A DNA stretch of 64,000 nt, from positions 1 to 64,000 of IMG/VR virus record IMGVR_UViG_3300037484_000491. One strand, given 5' to 3'. Below, piece after piece: positions 18,644 through 28,279 of the stretch. The stretch comes from a virus. The notes under the pieces were generated by a model, which was given only the letters and a program-made list of their open reading frames with translations, was not told the origin of the DNA and made no database searches. The position numbers were made by a program, and so were the translations under genes. Within the stretch, counting starts at the first letter, position 1, and every line of letters begins with the position of its first letter.

Positions 18644-19020
18644 TAGTCGTCAAATTCTTCTACTGCATGTATTGTAGCTGATTGTTTGCCTAATTTACCC
18701 ATCAATCCATTAATATCTAATATCATAACCATTTGCCCATAAGGAGTAGAAGCTAATCCTTCTCCTTTGGTAGAATTATACTTTACAGAAGCATCTCCAA
18801 GTTTTTCTTCAACCGCTGTTCTGTATATAGTAGAAGCAATCATGTGAGCCGTGAACCACTTTTCAATTTCCTCTAACAGAGTATCGTCAACAGAAACATC
18901 AGCAAAAACTTCATCTATCATTGTCCCCGCTGCTGCAAGAAAAGGTGCTATCATAACATCTGTTAAAGTTGTTATACTCACATTCATTATTAATCTTACA
19001 TCACTTGCCGTTACTGCCAT
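18643..19020 (-). CDS. gp6-like head-tail connector protein
   Basis: 125 aa; position and an N-terminal VTASDVRLIMNVSITTLTDVMIAPFLAAA pattern typical of DNA-packaging/connector proteins. Confidence 0.45.
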   Translation of the reverse strand: MAVTASDVRLIMNVSITTLTDVMIAPFLAAAGTMIDEVFADVSVDDTLLEEIEKWFTAHMIASTIYRTAVEEKLGDASVKYNSTKGEGLASTPYGQMVMILDINGLMGKLGKQSATIHAVEEFDD

Positions 19021-19023
19021 AGT

Positions 19024-19686
19024 TTACCCCTTTCTTTTATTTTGCTTTGAGTTCCACATTAACGGAGTTATAATATCTATGATATCATCACTCCAATCTA
19101 ATCCTAACCATTCTATCGTTTTTTCCATTTGTTTATAATCCCCTGTTACCATTCTTTCAGGCCACACCTGCCTGCAATTTACACCAGCATTCATCATTTC
19201 CACAAACAACTTTTCATGCAAATGAATCCATTGCAACCAATCATCTTGTGTTGAATATGCAACCATCCATCCTGTTTTCATACATGAGTCAATAATATCC
19301 CCTGTTCTTCTTCTTACAATTACCCATTTTGCATTTGGGAAAGCATAATGCCACATAGGCCATGTTTGACAAAGTCTCGAATCTTTAAACATCCATATTC
19401 TTTCTTTTTCACATTTCTCATCTGACAAAATATACATAACTTTTTGTCTCCAATTAGTCGGAATAATCAATTTCATCGTATCTGGTAATGGGTTTTGTCC
19501 TTTTTTATCAAACCCAAGCAAATTATAATAAGAATCCAGTAATTTTCCAATTTCTAAATTTTCATACATTTCAGAAGTCCTCCCGGAAAATGCCCCACAA
19601 TGATTCACAATCCTTGCAATAATAGAACTTCCTGATCTCTCAATGCCTGTAATAAAAATTGGATTATCTGATTTACTCTGTATCAT
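19024..19686 (-). CDS. PAPS-dependent sulfotransferase-family protein
   Basis: ITGIERSGSSII (5'-PSB-like loop) near the N-terminus and VRRRTGDIIDS (R-x7-S, 3'-PB-like) mid-protein. Confidence 0.6.
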   Translation of the reverse strand: MIQSKSDNPIFITGIERSGSSIIARIVNHCGAFSGRTSEMYENLEIGKLLDSYYNLLGFDKKGQNPLPDTMKLIIPTNWRQKVMYILSDEKCEKERIWMFKDSRLCQTWPMWHYAFPNAKWVIVRRRTGDIIDSCMKTGWMVAYSTQDDWLQWIHLHEKLFVEMMNAGVNCRQVWPERMVTGDYKQMEKTIEWLGLDWSDDIIDIITPLMWNSKQNKRKG

Positions 19687-21002
19687 GTCAATTTATATTT
19701 ATCTATTACTTTTTTTCTATTTATTGTCCGGACCTTTCTATTTGTTTTCTTAATCAACTGATTCGGATGTCTTCTGTAAAAAGCCAATGTAGAATTACAG
19801 TACCCTATCTTCATCCCCATTTGCAAACATCTGATATTAAATTCATATTCTTCAAATGATCTCACCTGCTCCGTTTCATTAAACAAACCAACTTTTTGAA
19901 ATACTTCCCTGCGATACATTGTAGTGGCACTGTGAATAGTATTTTTCACTAATAATTGTTGTAATGTGGGAAATTTAATTGTTGGTTTCCACACAATTTC
20001 ACCTCCTGTTTTTTGACTGTGCTGAATTGCATTTCCATGAATAAAATCAACTCCCTGCTCTTCCAACGCTTTTACAGAATCTTCAATGCAATTTGGTGTG
20101 AGCATATCATCCTCATGAAGATATTTAATATAATCTCCTTCTGCCTGATTTAAAACCTTATTAAAGTTTTGTGGCCAATTCCCCTCCCCCTGACTTAAAA
20201 TCAATTGCACACTATCAGGAACGCTTGCAACAGCATTTTTTAAATACCCCCTATCTATATTATAAGGGATGATAATTGTGACTTTCTTTTTAGCAGTCTT
20301 AACTTCTGATTTGCTAAAACAACTTTGATTTACATAACTTTTTACCCATTGTAAACTGATAGAAGCCTCGGCTGCCTGAAATATTCTTGGCTTTCCATGA
20401 AAACAAACCAAATCAGCATCTTCCGGTAAAAGGCTCAATACAAGTTTTGTTTTAGGTTTAAAATCATATATTGTAGTTGTCAATTGCTGCCAGAATAAAT
20501 CAGGTTGCACACATTTTCGTAAAAAAACATCCATCCGGAAACCCTGAACCTGATTTCCTTTGTTCCACTTTTCCCATATTATTTTTATTTTTTCTGAATT
20601 TGCAGGAAACCAAACCAACCCTGTTGCTAATTGCCCTTTTTGCCAAAAGTCTTCAAGTACAATAAACTTATCAGGTTCTTTTACTAAATTAAATATCTTT
20701 TCTAAAGAATTAATTACAGCAGTATCGAGATCAATATAAAGTAATGGACGATATTGTTCCATTTCAGGACTATAAAGTTGCATACGTGACCATGTGCCTT
20801 TGTAAGTATTAGTAAGTGGAATAATTTGAATGTTCCCCAAATCATACGATTCACTTGCTTTATCCCAAAGACAAATAATTCTTGGGGTGTTTGCAAATCT
20901 CCATTTTCCGTTGATGTGTCTTGAAATAAGTTCCACATCCCGAAATGCAAAATCCCCTCCTGAGCGCAAAACTAAAACTACTGTGTGTTGTAAATTCTCC
21001 AT
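19683..21002 (-). CDS. two-domain glycosyltransferase (N-terminal DxD domain + C-terminal GT2 domain)
   Basis: C-terminal KVTIIIPYNIDRGYLKNAVASV...AEGDYIKYLHEDDML is GT2-like. The N-terminal half contains LLYIDLDTAV. I chose ATG 21002 (MENLQ...); the track start 21068 would overlap the upstream gene by 65 nt. Confidence 0.65.
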   Translation of the reverse strand: MENLQHTVVLVLRSGGDFAFRDVELISRHINGKWRFANTPRIICLWDKASESYDLGNIQIIPLTNTYKGTWSRMQLYSPEMEQYRPLLYIDLDTAVINSLEKIFNLVKEPDKFIVLEDFWQKGQLATGLVWFPANSEKIKIIWEKWNKGNQVQGFRMDVFLRKCVQPDLFWQQLTTTIYDFKPKTKLVLSLLPEDADLVCFHGKPRIFQAAEASISLQWVKSYVNQSCFSKSEVKTAKKKVTIIIPYNIDRGYLKNAVASVPDSVQLILSQGEGNWPQNFNKVLNQAEGDYIKYLHEDDMLTPNCIEDSVKALEEQGVDFIHGNAIQHSQKTGGEIVWKPTIKFPTLQQLLVKNTIHSATTMYRREVFQKVGLFNETEQVRSFEEYEFNIRCLQMGMKIGYCNSTLAFYRRHPNQLIKKTNRKVRTINRKKVIDKYKLT

Positions 21003-21003
21003 A

Positions 21004-22107
21004 TTAAATTTTTGAATGATAATCTTCAACAGGAATTCGCCAATCACTAAGAAGATAATGCCTGTCAAAATAAGCCTCTACATCATGCACCGTTTTGAAA
21101 TCCTGACCATATAATTTTATATTTGAAAGTCCGTTATCAATTTGAAATGCTTCAATAGTATATGTTTTCCCGGAACGATACAATCCTTTATCTTTTTCAA
21201 AAAACCAAAAATCTATGTAATCCATTTTATATTGTAAAGCTTTTAAATGATGTTTACCATACCATTCACGAATAAATAACAATCCATGAATAGCAAAATA
21301 TCCATCATCTATAAGTTGTGTGATCTTATCATTATATTTTTCCAACAAAGCTAAATCAATATCAGTATCATGCAGAATAAAAGAACCATTCCTGTGGGCC
21401 CCTAAAAGTGTACCAAACACAATAAAAAATGGAATATTGTAGTCTTCAAATATTTGTTTAACAGTAAAAAGTAAATATATAGATTGCATCAAATGAAGTT
21501 TGCCATAAGTACGTTTTTCATCTCTTTGTGAGCCTCTTGTGTTTATTTCCCCTTTCTTCTTTGCCACAACTCTTATTAATACCGGATTTTCCCTATTATA
21601 TATGGACAACCCATCACTTTCTGTTTCAAATAATATCTCAAAATTCAGATAAAATAATTTTTCTAATAATTTTTCTTTATCTATTCTTCTACGATAATGC
21701 TTGTCAATTTTAGAAGATAACACACCTTTATCACTTCTAACTTCAATAAATAACAAACCCCCTGTATTTAATACATGATTGGAATTAATCAATATGTAAT
21801 CTTCAATATGTTCAGGTACACTATGCAAAACAAACCTGCAATATACATTATCAAAAAATTGATCATAATTAAATTTTGAAATTTTGTCAAATAAATTTAA
21901 AGTTTCATGGTCAAAAGAAGAAACTTTCATCTTGTTACTTTTAAAATATTTTGAATCCCTGCCATTCCCACAACAAATATCCAACACACTACTTTTTAGT
22001 TTCATATAAGGCAAACAAAATTCAGAAAATGAAGAAGGTGCCAATGTGACTTTTTGCCAATCATACTTTTTCCAAAAATTAAAACTATATGTGTTGTTTG
22101 CTTCCAT
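21004..22107 (-). CDS. fusion protein: SAM-dependent methyltransferase domain + LicD-family phosphotransferase domain
   Basis: VLDICCGNGRDSKYF (SAM motif I) in the N-terminal half. FFIVFGTLLGAHRNGSFILHDTDIDLAL (LicD hallmark GTLLGA-R...D-DID) in the C-terminal half. Confidence 0.65.
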   Translation of the reverse strand: MEANNTYSFNFWKKYDWQKVTLAPSSFSEFCLPYMKLKSSVLDICCGNGRDSKYFKSNKMKVSSFDHETLNLFDKISKFNYDQFFDNVYCRFVLHSVPEHIEDYILINSNHVLNTGGLLFIEVRSDKGVLSSKIDKHYRRRIDKEKLLEKLFYLNFEILFETESDGLSIYNRENPVLIRVVAKKKGEINTRGSQRDEKRTYGKLHLMQSIYLLFTVKQIFEDYNIPFFIVFGTLLGAHRNGSFILHDTDIDLALLEKYNDKITQLIDDGYFAIHGLLFIREWYGKHHLKALQYKMDYIDFWFFEKDKGLYRSGKTYTIEAFQIDNGLSNIKLYGQDFKTVHDVEAYFDRHYLLSDWRIPVEDYHSKI

Positions 22108-23325
22108 CTAAAATATTGTTAACAAATCTTTATTTATATCATCCAAATTAGAAAGTAATGAAGTAACTGGCCCTCCTTTTTGCAAATGATGCTGATGCTT
22201 AAATCCTGAAAAATCCCATTTATAAGAAAATCCGGGGTATGTAAAATTATTAGCCACTTCTTCTGTATCATGCACTATAAAATAATCAACATTGTCCTTA
22301 ATTACTTCAATAAATTTTTGTCTGGATATATTGCTCGATCCATCAATAAATGCAATAGCATATTTTTTCTTAAATAATTTATGATCCCATTTCCCTAATT
22401 CATCATACGACATACAAATTAATTCATGTAAATCAGTTTTATATTTTTTAAATTTATCCATCCATTTTTTATCTGTCTCTACCGATAAAAGTTCCCTGCC
22501 CTGCATCCCACAAATAATGTGCATAATCTGACTGCTATTATCCCCCATCCCATATTCTAATACAGCACCTTCTTTAATTGTATTTAATGTATGAATTAAA
22601 ACAGGCTGATGTGATGCCCAAGGATGCAATATCTTATTTTGCTTAAACAATGAATACGAAACTTTACAATCATTATCCACCAAATCCATATACCTGTCAT
22701 TTATCACAACCGATGGTGATTCACCTGTAATAATTTTAACATACTCATCAAATGAGATCCATTGCAATAATATTTTTCTATTCCTGATATATTGATTCCA
22801 AGAAATATCACGTTTAAAATTTACTTGTGCATTAGGTAAAATTTTCCTTGGTGTCAATATGCCACACCCCCAACCACCCCCTACGACAAAACAACTCCAA
22901 TCAGACAACTCATTCTTTAACTGAATAAAAGCTTTATACATTGTTCCTAACCAGCAACCACCAACTCTTAAAAATTCTTTATAAGATACTGTAAGATGCT
23001 CATGTCTTGGATCACAAGAATGTATAATAATAAAACCCCCATCATTAAGATGTGTCATTGCATTTATGGCATCCTTATATGCCTGTTCTTTAGTCTGCAT
23101 CCCATCAATAAAAATAACATCATACTTTTTATCCGGGTATTTTTTAAAAAAAGCATCGCTTGTCATAACATGAGTACAATCTCCTTTTGGAAATGGATCA
23201 ACCGATTCTTTAATTTTCGCATTTATCCTGTTAAAGTTATTTTCAGGATATTCCAAACCAATTTCCAAATAAGATTGAAAATTATATTTATTAAAAAGTA
23301 TATTTATGATAGCTGTTCTATTCAT
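22108..23325 (-). CDS. tandem class I methyltransferase-like protein (two Methyltransf_24-like halves)
   Basis: YLEIG...KYDVIFIDGMQTKEQAYKDAINAMTHLNDGGFIIIH, and a second half VLEYGMG...KYAIAFIDGSS...YFIVHDTE. Confidence 0.5.
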   Translation of the reverse strand: MNRTAIINILFNKYNFQSYLEIGLEYPENNFNRINAKIKESVDPFPKGDCTHVMTSDAFFKKYPDKKYDVIFIDGMQTKEQAYKDAINAMTHLNDGGFIIIHSCDPRHEHLTVSYKEFLRVGGCWLGTMYKAFIQLKNELSDWSCFVVGGGWGCGILTPRKILPNAQVNFKRDISWNQYIRNRKILLQWISFDEYVKIITGESPSVVINDRYMDLVDNDCKVSYSLFKQNKILHPWASHQPVLIHTLNTIKEGAVLEYGMGDNSSQIMHIICGMQGRELLSVETDKKWMDKFKKYKTDLHELICMSYDELGKWDHKLFKKKYAIAFIDGSSNISRQKFIEVIKDNVDYFIVHDTEEVANNFTYPGFSYKWDFSGFKHQHHLQKGGPVTSLLSNLDDINKDLLTIF

Positions 23326-24107
23326 GTTTGTGGGTATTTAACTATTATATAATCTTCTTTTTTTAAATTTCCTCTTTCATTAAAATCATAATAATATGTT
23401 TTATCATCTTTAATAGGAAGCTGTTCCCATTTATGCTTCATACAACCATAATACAAATTCATAATCGCCTGTTCATTTGCTATACTATTCACGTACCTGT
23501 AAGCCAATCTCCACAATATATCAAATGTGCTATCTTCAATTATAATTGTATCATACAACATAACCGTTGCCTGAAAATGGTCAATGTCCAAATTATACAA
23601 AGTGTTTAATTCAGCATATAATTCAGGATAAACAACTTTATCAAATTGTGTGTATAATTTATCTTCCGGTTTATATTCAGGGTAAGCATTGGAATGTGTT
23701 AAAAGTTTATTAGTGCAATCCAAATTAATCAATTTATCCAAAGGCTTAAATATCTGGGCACCCACATCAATATAAAAGCATTTCTTATAATTTTCTTTGA
23801 ACCATGAATGAAACATATAAAACCCATGATAATGAATCATTTTTCTTTTCATCGGAAAATAAGGATAAGCAAACTTTTCCATTCTTTTAGGATGATTCAG
23901 TATTGGGGAGGTATCATATTGAAAAAAGTTTTTGCATATCACATTATCATCTTTGCGTAAAAGATTATGGTAGTTGTGTAAATCATTAGCCAAAATACAA
24001 ACTATATCTCCTTTATAAGTCCCAACATTTCTAATTTGAGAAATAGTCAGTGATGCCTTTTTTACAAACTTCCTGTCAAACATTAATATAATACAAAGAT
24101 CCTTCAT
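23322..24107 (-). CDS. putative nucleotide-diphospho-sugar transferase-fold protein
   Basis: Only context and an N-terminal LCIILMFDRKF...GDIVCI beta-alpha pattern; weak. Confidence 0.3.
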   Translation of the reverse strand: MKDLCIILMFDRKFVKKASLTISQIRNVGTYKGDIVCILANDLHNYHNLLRKDDNVICKNFFQYDTSPILNHPKRMEKFAYPYFPMKRKMIHYHGFYMFHSWFKENYKKCFYIDVGAQIFKPLDKLINLDCTNKLLTHSNAYPEYKPEDKLYTQFDKVVYPELYAELNTLYNLDIDHFQATVMLYDTIIIEDSTFDILWRLAYRYVNSIANEQAIMNLYYGCMKHKWEQLPIKDDKTYYYDFNERGNLKKEDYIIVKYPQT

Positions 24108-24991
24108 GTGCTTAATATCTTATTTTTCCAATATGAAAAATTCAATTTTTCCATGTTCCATTTAATTAAACGAATTCTTTTCCATTCTGCTTCAAGAAAA
24201 TCAGGATTTACTTCTGACCAATCATCTACAAAACAAATGGGTAAATCCGTGTAAAACCGATTATTCAAATTTCGTTTTTCAATTGGTATAGTCCCCATAT
24301 ACAAACATTCCCATGTTCTTATCGTGTCTATCCCATTGCCTTCAGGACAAAATACAAATTTGTGATTATACATTTGATGAATATATCTTTCAAACTGATC
24401 CCCATTCCTGCCCTCATGAGAAGTCACCCATTTTTCCTTTCCAAACATAGCATACAATGGCTGTCGTTCTTTTGCATTAGTTTTTATATTATGATTCATA
24501 TAAACTAAATTTCTAACCCCTCTGTGTTGCTTGCACTGGTGCTTCATTATTTCCAACTTAGGAACCTTTTTAAACCACCTGTCATTTTCAACACCTATTG
24601 GAATTGATTCAATCCGTGAATTTATAGTATTTACATTTTTACTATGCCAACATATTATATTTGCCGGTATTTCAAATTCAAAAATTTCCTTTACTGCCCC
24701 TTTCCCATCAGGTTGCCTTATTCCATAATCTTCAATACTACAATCACAACTATGAGTAATCAATATGTATTTTTTGCTAAAATATTGCATAATATCAAAT
24801 AATGATTTAACATATCTCATGTGAGTATAAATAAGATCCCCATCTTTCATCTTTGATAAATCAAGCGTATTAGGAAGATCATCATAATCATCTCTTGGAC
24901 GTGGCACAGGTCTTGGAGAATATGTGAAATGTACCATACCCCTAAACTTATCCCCTTGAACCCAATCAATATTTTCTAACTTGTTTTCCAC
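24104..24991 (-). CDS. exostosin (GT47)-like glycosyltransferase
   Basis: C-terminal YNHKFVFCPEGNGIDTIRTWECLYMGTIPI matches the exostosin-family motif (F-C-x-P-G...R-x-x-E-x-x-x-x-G-x-IP). Confidence 0.5.
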   Translation of the reverse strand: MENKLENIDWVQGDKFRGMVHFTYSPRPVPRPRDDYDDLPNTLDLSKMKDGDLIYTHMRYVKSLFDIMQYFSKKYILITHSCDCSIEDYGIRQPDGKGAVKEIFEFEIPANIICWHSKNVNTINSRIESIPIGVENDRWFKKVPKLEIMKHQCKQHRGVRNLVYMNHNIKTNAKERQPLYAMFGKEKWVTSHEGRNGDQFERYIHQMYNHKFVFCPEGNGIDTIRTWECLYMGTIPIEKRNLNNRFYTDLPICFVDDWSEVNPDFLEAEWKRIRLIKWNMEKLNFSYWKNKILST

Positions 24992-26414
24992 TTTTTATAA
25001 TTTCCTGATGTGCCTTTATCCATAATAACTCCCAATAATGAATTGCATAAGAATATTCAGTTATATATTTTCTGCTATTGTCTTTTTCAAATCCAGGTTT
25101 GTTGGGATAAGCATAAAAATATTCAGTAGGCATAATTAAAACCCCATCCACCGGTTCAATCACTACCTCAAAAAACTTATCGGTAAATAAATAATTACCT
25201 GTGGTTCTGAATATATCCTGTGAACCTGTTACTTTTTTATTGACAATTGAATTAATCATATTTTTAATTACAGGATGATTAGGCGTGCAACCAATTAAAG
25301 CATTATAAAATTCTACTTTAGAAGGATACCCCACACCCATTAAAAAATTAAGATGCGTAAAAGCATTAAACGATTTAAAACACTCAAAATCAGTGTCTAT
25401 ATATAATCCACCAAATTTATCAAGTATATAATAACGCAATAAATCTGATTTACTTCCATAATTATTCATTGAATCATATAAATTCCTGTCAGGCAACAAA
25501 TCATCAACATCTTTATCCATCCACAATCTATACTCCCAATCAGGATTAAATTTCTTCCATGAATTTACTAATTTTACATGACACTCTAAAGGATCACTGC
25601 CAAGCCATATCTGGTGTATTTTCTTTGGTAAAACATCATAATCCCTTTTACCCCCAATATCAACAAAATTCTTTTGGTACAATGCTTTCAAAAGATCCCA
25701 TTTAATTTTGTTGTCATCAAAAACTTTCTGATTAAAACAATACGACTTTTTTACAGATACTTCAAAATCAACAGGTTTTCTTTTAATATATAAAGCATCA
25801 CCCCACGTATTTCTATCTTTTGCAGACTTACTATCTTTAGTAAGAACCCTCTTAAACCCATAAACATTTAAAAACTCATCTAACTCACTTACCAGACAAC
25901 AACCTTTATAAACATCTTCAAAATTAACTTCCGTGTATATTACATCAATTGATTTTAACGTTTCTGCACTGCCTTTAAACACTTCTAATTCAAACCCCTG
26001 AACATCAATATTTATCATATTAAACAACTCCCTATCAAAAACAACATTGTCAAGTTTAGTAATTGTCACATTTTCAAATCCTGTAAACTTAATATGAGGA
26101 TGCAGTTCTAAATGAGTTCCTGGTTCAAGAAAAGAACAACTTTGTCCTTTTACCTTTTCAATATACATTCTCCGTTCTCCTGTTTCATTCCCCAATGCCA
26201 AATTATATAATTTGATATCATTTCTTCTTAAAACACGAAAACACAACTTTTTATAGTTTGCTTTAACAGGTTCAAAAAATAACATATTCTTCACACCTTG
26301 CTCTGCATACATATTATATTCTTGTCCATAGTGAGCCCCAATATGAATCACTCCACGAATGTTTAATTTATAATCAGATATTATTTGAGATAATTTAATT
26401 AACATTTTATCCAT
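24966..26414 (-). CDS. fusion protein: FkbM-family methyltransferase + GT32-type (DXD sugar-binding) glycosyltransferase
   Basis: N-terminal VIHIGAHYGQE...NIDVQGFELEVFKGSAETLKSIDVIYTEVNF (FkbM-like). C-terminal IHQIWLG...SDLLRYYILDKFGGLYIDTDFEC (Gly_transf_sug DXD region). Confidence 0.65.
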   Translation of the reverse strand: MDKMLIKLSQIISDYKLNIRGVIHIGAHYGQEYNMYAEQGVKNMLFFEPVKANYKKLCFRVLRRNDIKLYNLALGNETGERRMYIEKVKGQSCSFLEPGTHLELHPHIKFTGFENVTITKLDNVVFDRELFNMINIDVQGFELEVFKGSAETLKSIDVIYTEVNFEDVYKGCCLVSELDEFLNVYGFKRVLTKDSKSAKDRNTWGDALYIKRKPVDFEVSVKKSYCFNQKVFDDNKIKWDLLKALYQKNFVDIGGKRDYDVLPKKIHQIWLGSDPLECHVKLVNSWKKFNPDWEYRLWMDKDVDDLLPDRNLYDSMNNYGSKSDLLRYYILDKFGGLYIDTDFECFKSFNAFTHLNFLMGVGYPSKVEFYNALIGCTPNHPVIKNMINSIVNKKVTGSQDIFRTTGNYLFTDKFFEVVIEPVDGVLIMPTEYFYAYPNKPGFEKDNSRKYITEYSYAIHYWELLWIKAHQEIIKSGKQVRKY

Positions 26415-27157
26415 TCTTTAGGATCATAAACTTCAAATTCTTTATTAACAATTCTTTGCCTTATCTTACACTCTAATTGTTGTTTTGGAACTATTACAAT
26501 TTTATCAGAATTAGAATTAAGATGTGCCGCCCACCATGAAAAAGAACTACGTGAGCAAATCTGATGCTGACACAATCTCATCAATTCAAAATCCAAGTAT
26601 TCCTGAAAATGAATAAATGAAACCCCTTTAAAATTCTCTCTACACCATCCCATATCATCACTAAATATATAATAATCACCTTTTACCAACTCCATTGCAT
26701 CAAGATAGTACTTTAAAGACAAAACAGGAAATCCTTCAAGAGTTAAATAATCTCCTCTGCGCACATGTACCGCTATCGCATTAGGATTTAATATAATTTC
26801 TTCTCTGACATTTAAAAATTCTCCTATATAAAACTCTTTTCTAACCTCACACTCCTTCCTAAGCGCAGGTAAAATTGATTTAGAATATGCCGGGTATTGC
26901 CAATACCCACTAAAATTAAAACCATCCTTCTTTAATAATTCTGAATCAAACCCTCTTTCATGTATGGTTTTTGCTAACCTGTGTTCTTCCAATTTTAAAT
27001 CTATTGCAAACTTATCCAAAACATAACAACGAGATGTGACTTTCCTGTACCATGAATTATTAAACCGCACATCAATGCCATATTTCATTTGCGCTCTGCC
27101 AAAAGCATATTGAAATAACTGATTCCCTAACCCTCCACAAAGTTTAATTACATTCAT
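26399..27157 (-). CDS. GT11 alpha-1,2-fucosyltransferase-family protein
   Basis: CGGLGNQLFQYAFG at the N-terminus and AVHVRRGDYL are both GT11 hallmarks. Confidence 0.75.
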   Translation of the reverse strand: MNVIKLCGGLGNQLFQYAFGRAQMKYGIDVRFNNSWYRKVTSRCYVLDKFAIDLKLEEHRLAKTIHERGFDSELLKKDGFNFSGYWQYPAYSKSILPALRKECEVRKEFYIGEFLNVREEIILNPNAIAVHVRRGDYLTLEGFPVLSLKYYLDAMELVKGDYYIFSDDMGWCRENFKGVSFIHFQEYLDFELMRLCQHQICSRSSFSWWAAHLNSNSDKIVIVPKQQLECKIRQRIVNKEFEVYDPKEWIKC

Positions 27158-27161
27158 TTTT

Positions 27162-27872
27162 TTAACTATTATCTAAAATCAATTCTTTCAAATTATACTT
27201 AGGAAATTCTTTAATCATACTATCAGGACTGCAATTCAAAATTTCAATACCTCTGTGTTTTGCATCTTTAGCAATTTCAGAAAACCCTCTTAAATGCCTG
27301 TCAAATGGTAAATGATGTGCTTTCTTTGGATTTGGATTAGTGTAATTCCTGTTATATACATTATGCCAATGCTGATGTTTTGAATCACTCAATTTCATAT
27401 CAAACCCAAGTAATATAATTCTCTTTGCACCTATATTAGCAGCAACACTAATTGCTGCGGCCCCACTATTACTATTCCAACTCACCATTTTTGGATTACT
27501 ACTAATTCCCCTTGGATGTTTAGTATCTCTTGGAAGATATTTAATCCAATCATATTTATTTGCTGTTGGGTGACATGAAACTTTTATTCCGGGAAATTGT
27601 GCCAAAGCATCCCTGTGCTTTAAAAAAAAACCAACATCTCCAAAAAAAACAATATCAATCCAATTTCCTATTAAATAAGCAGCATTAATGCCAATAACAT
27701 GCTTATCATGCAAAAAAGACATATATGATGAATACGTATTGGGGGAAGAAGAACCTTCAAAAACACTATTAACAATATTCTTTGGAATATTAAATTGCTC
27801 TGTTACTGACGGCCCCCCTCCTAATATCCAAACATCCCCCCCATCCCATATACGAGGCACTTGCCAAATCAT
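27162..27872 (-). CDS. MptE/Maf (DUF115)-like putative glycosyltransferase
   Basis: VWILGGGPSV...VIGINAAY...IVFFGDVGF...GAAAISVAANIGAKRIILLGFDM resembles the DUF115 layout; from memory, unverified. Confidence 0.35.
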   Translation of the reverse strand: MIWQVPRIWDGGDVWILGGGPSVTEQFNIPKNIVNSVFEGSSSPNTYSSYMSFLHDKHVIGINAAYLIGNWIDIVFFGDVGFFLKHRDALAQFPGIKVSCHPTANKYDWIKYLPRDTKHPRGISSNPKMVSWNSNSGAAAISVAANIGAKRIILLGFDMKLSDSKHQHWHNVYNRNYTNPNPKKAHHLPFDRHLRGFSEIAKDAKHRGIEILNCSPDSMIKEFPKYNLKELILDNS

Positions 27873-28231
27873 TTTTGCAAATCAATAATAAGTTTTTCAG
27901 CCACTTCCTTTTTTAAAGACTTTTCATTAAGAATTTTCCCCTGCCCATCAACAATGTCAAACAAGTATAAACTCTTCCCATGAGGCTGTAAAACATAAAC
28001 AGGCTTTACTATATTTGATGGAAGAACCACCTTCTCTGTTTCATCTTTCCATACTTCAACATCCCCATCCAAAGAAATTACCAAATTCTTAAAAGATTTA
28101 GAAATTTCACTGGGAAATGCTTCAAAAACCTGACCCGGTTTAATAATTCTTCCACCAAGTCGTAAAGATCCCCCACCTACTTTTTTCCATCTCATTTTAC
28201 CTTCTGTTGTATCTGTCCTTGCACGTTCCAT
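27869..28231 (-). CDS. hypothetical protein (120 aa) between the capsid gene and the transferase island
   Basis: ORF track; ATGA overlap with the next gene. Confidence 0.45.
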   Translation of the reverse strand: MERARTDTTEGKMRWKKVGGGSLRLGGRIIKPGQVFEAFPSEISKSFKNLVISLDGDVEVWKDETEKVVLPSNIVKPVYVLQPHGKSLYLFDIVDGQGKILNEKSLKKEVAEKLIIDLQK

Positions 28232-28279
28232 AATTATAAATATTTAATAAATAAAAAACTACTTGATTAGTAGATAAAA

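Noticed and set aside
20714-21015. Nested or antisense short ORFs inside the transferase and capsid genes (for example 20477-20665, 20714-20950, 20830-21015, 28613-29002, 28732-28923, 30204-30617)
   Set aside because: Each is wholly contained within a longer ORF that has recognisable enzyme or structural motifs. Such ORFs are expected by chance.
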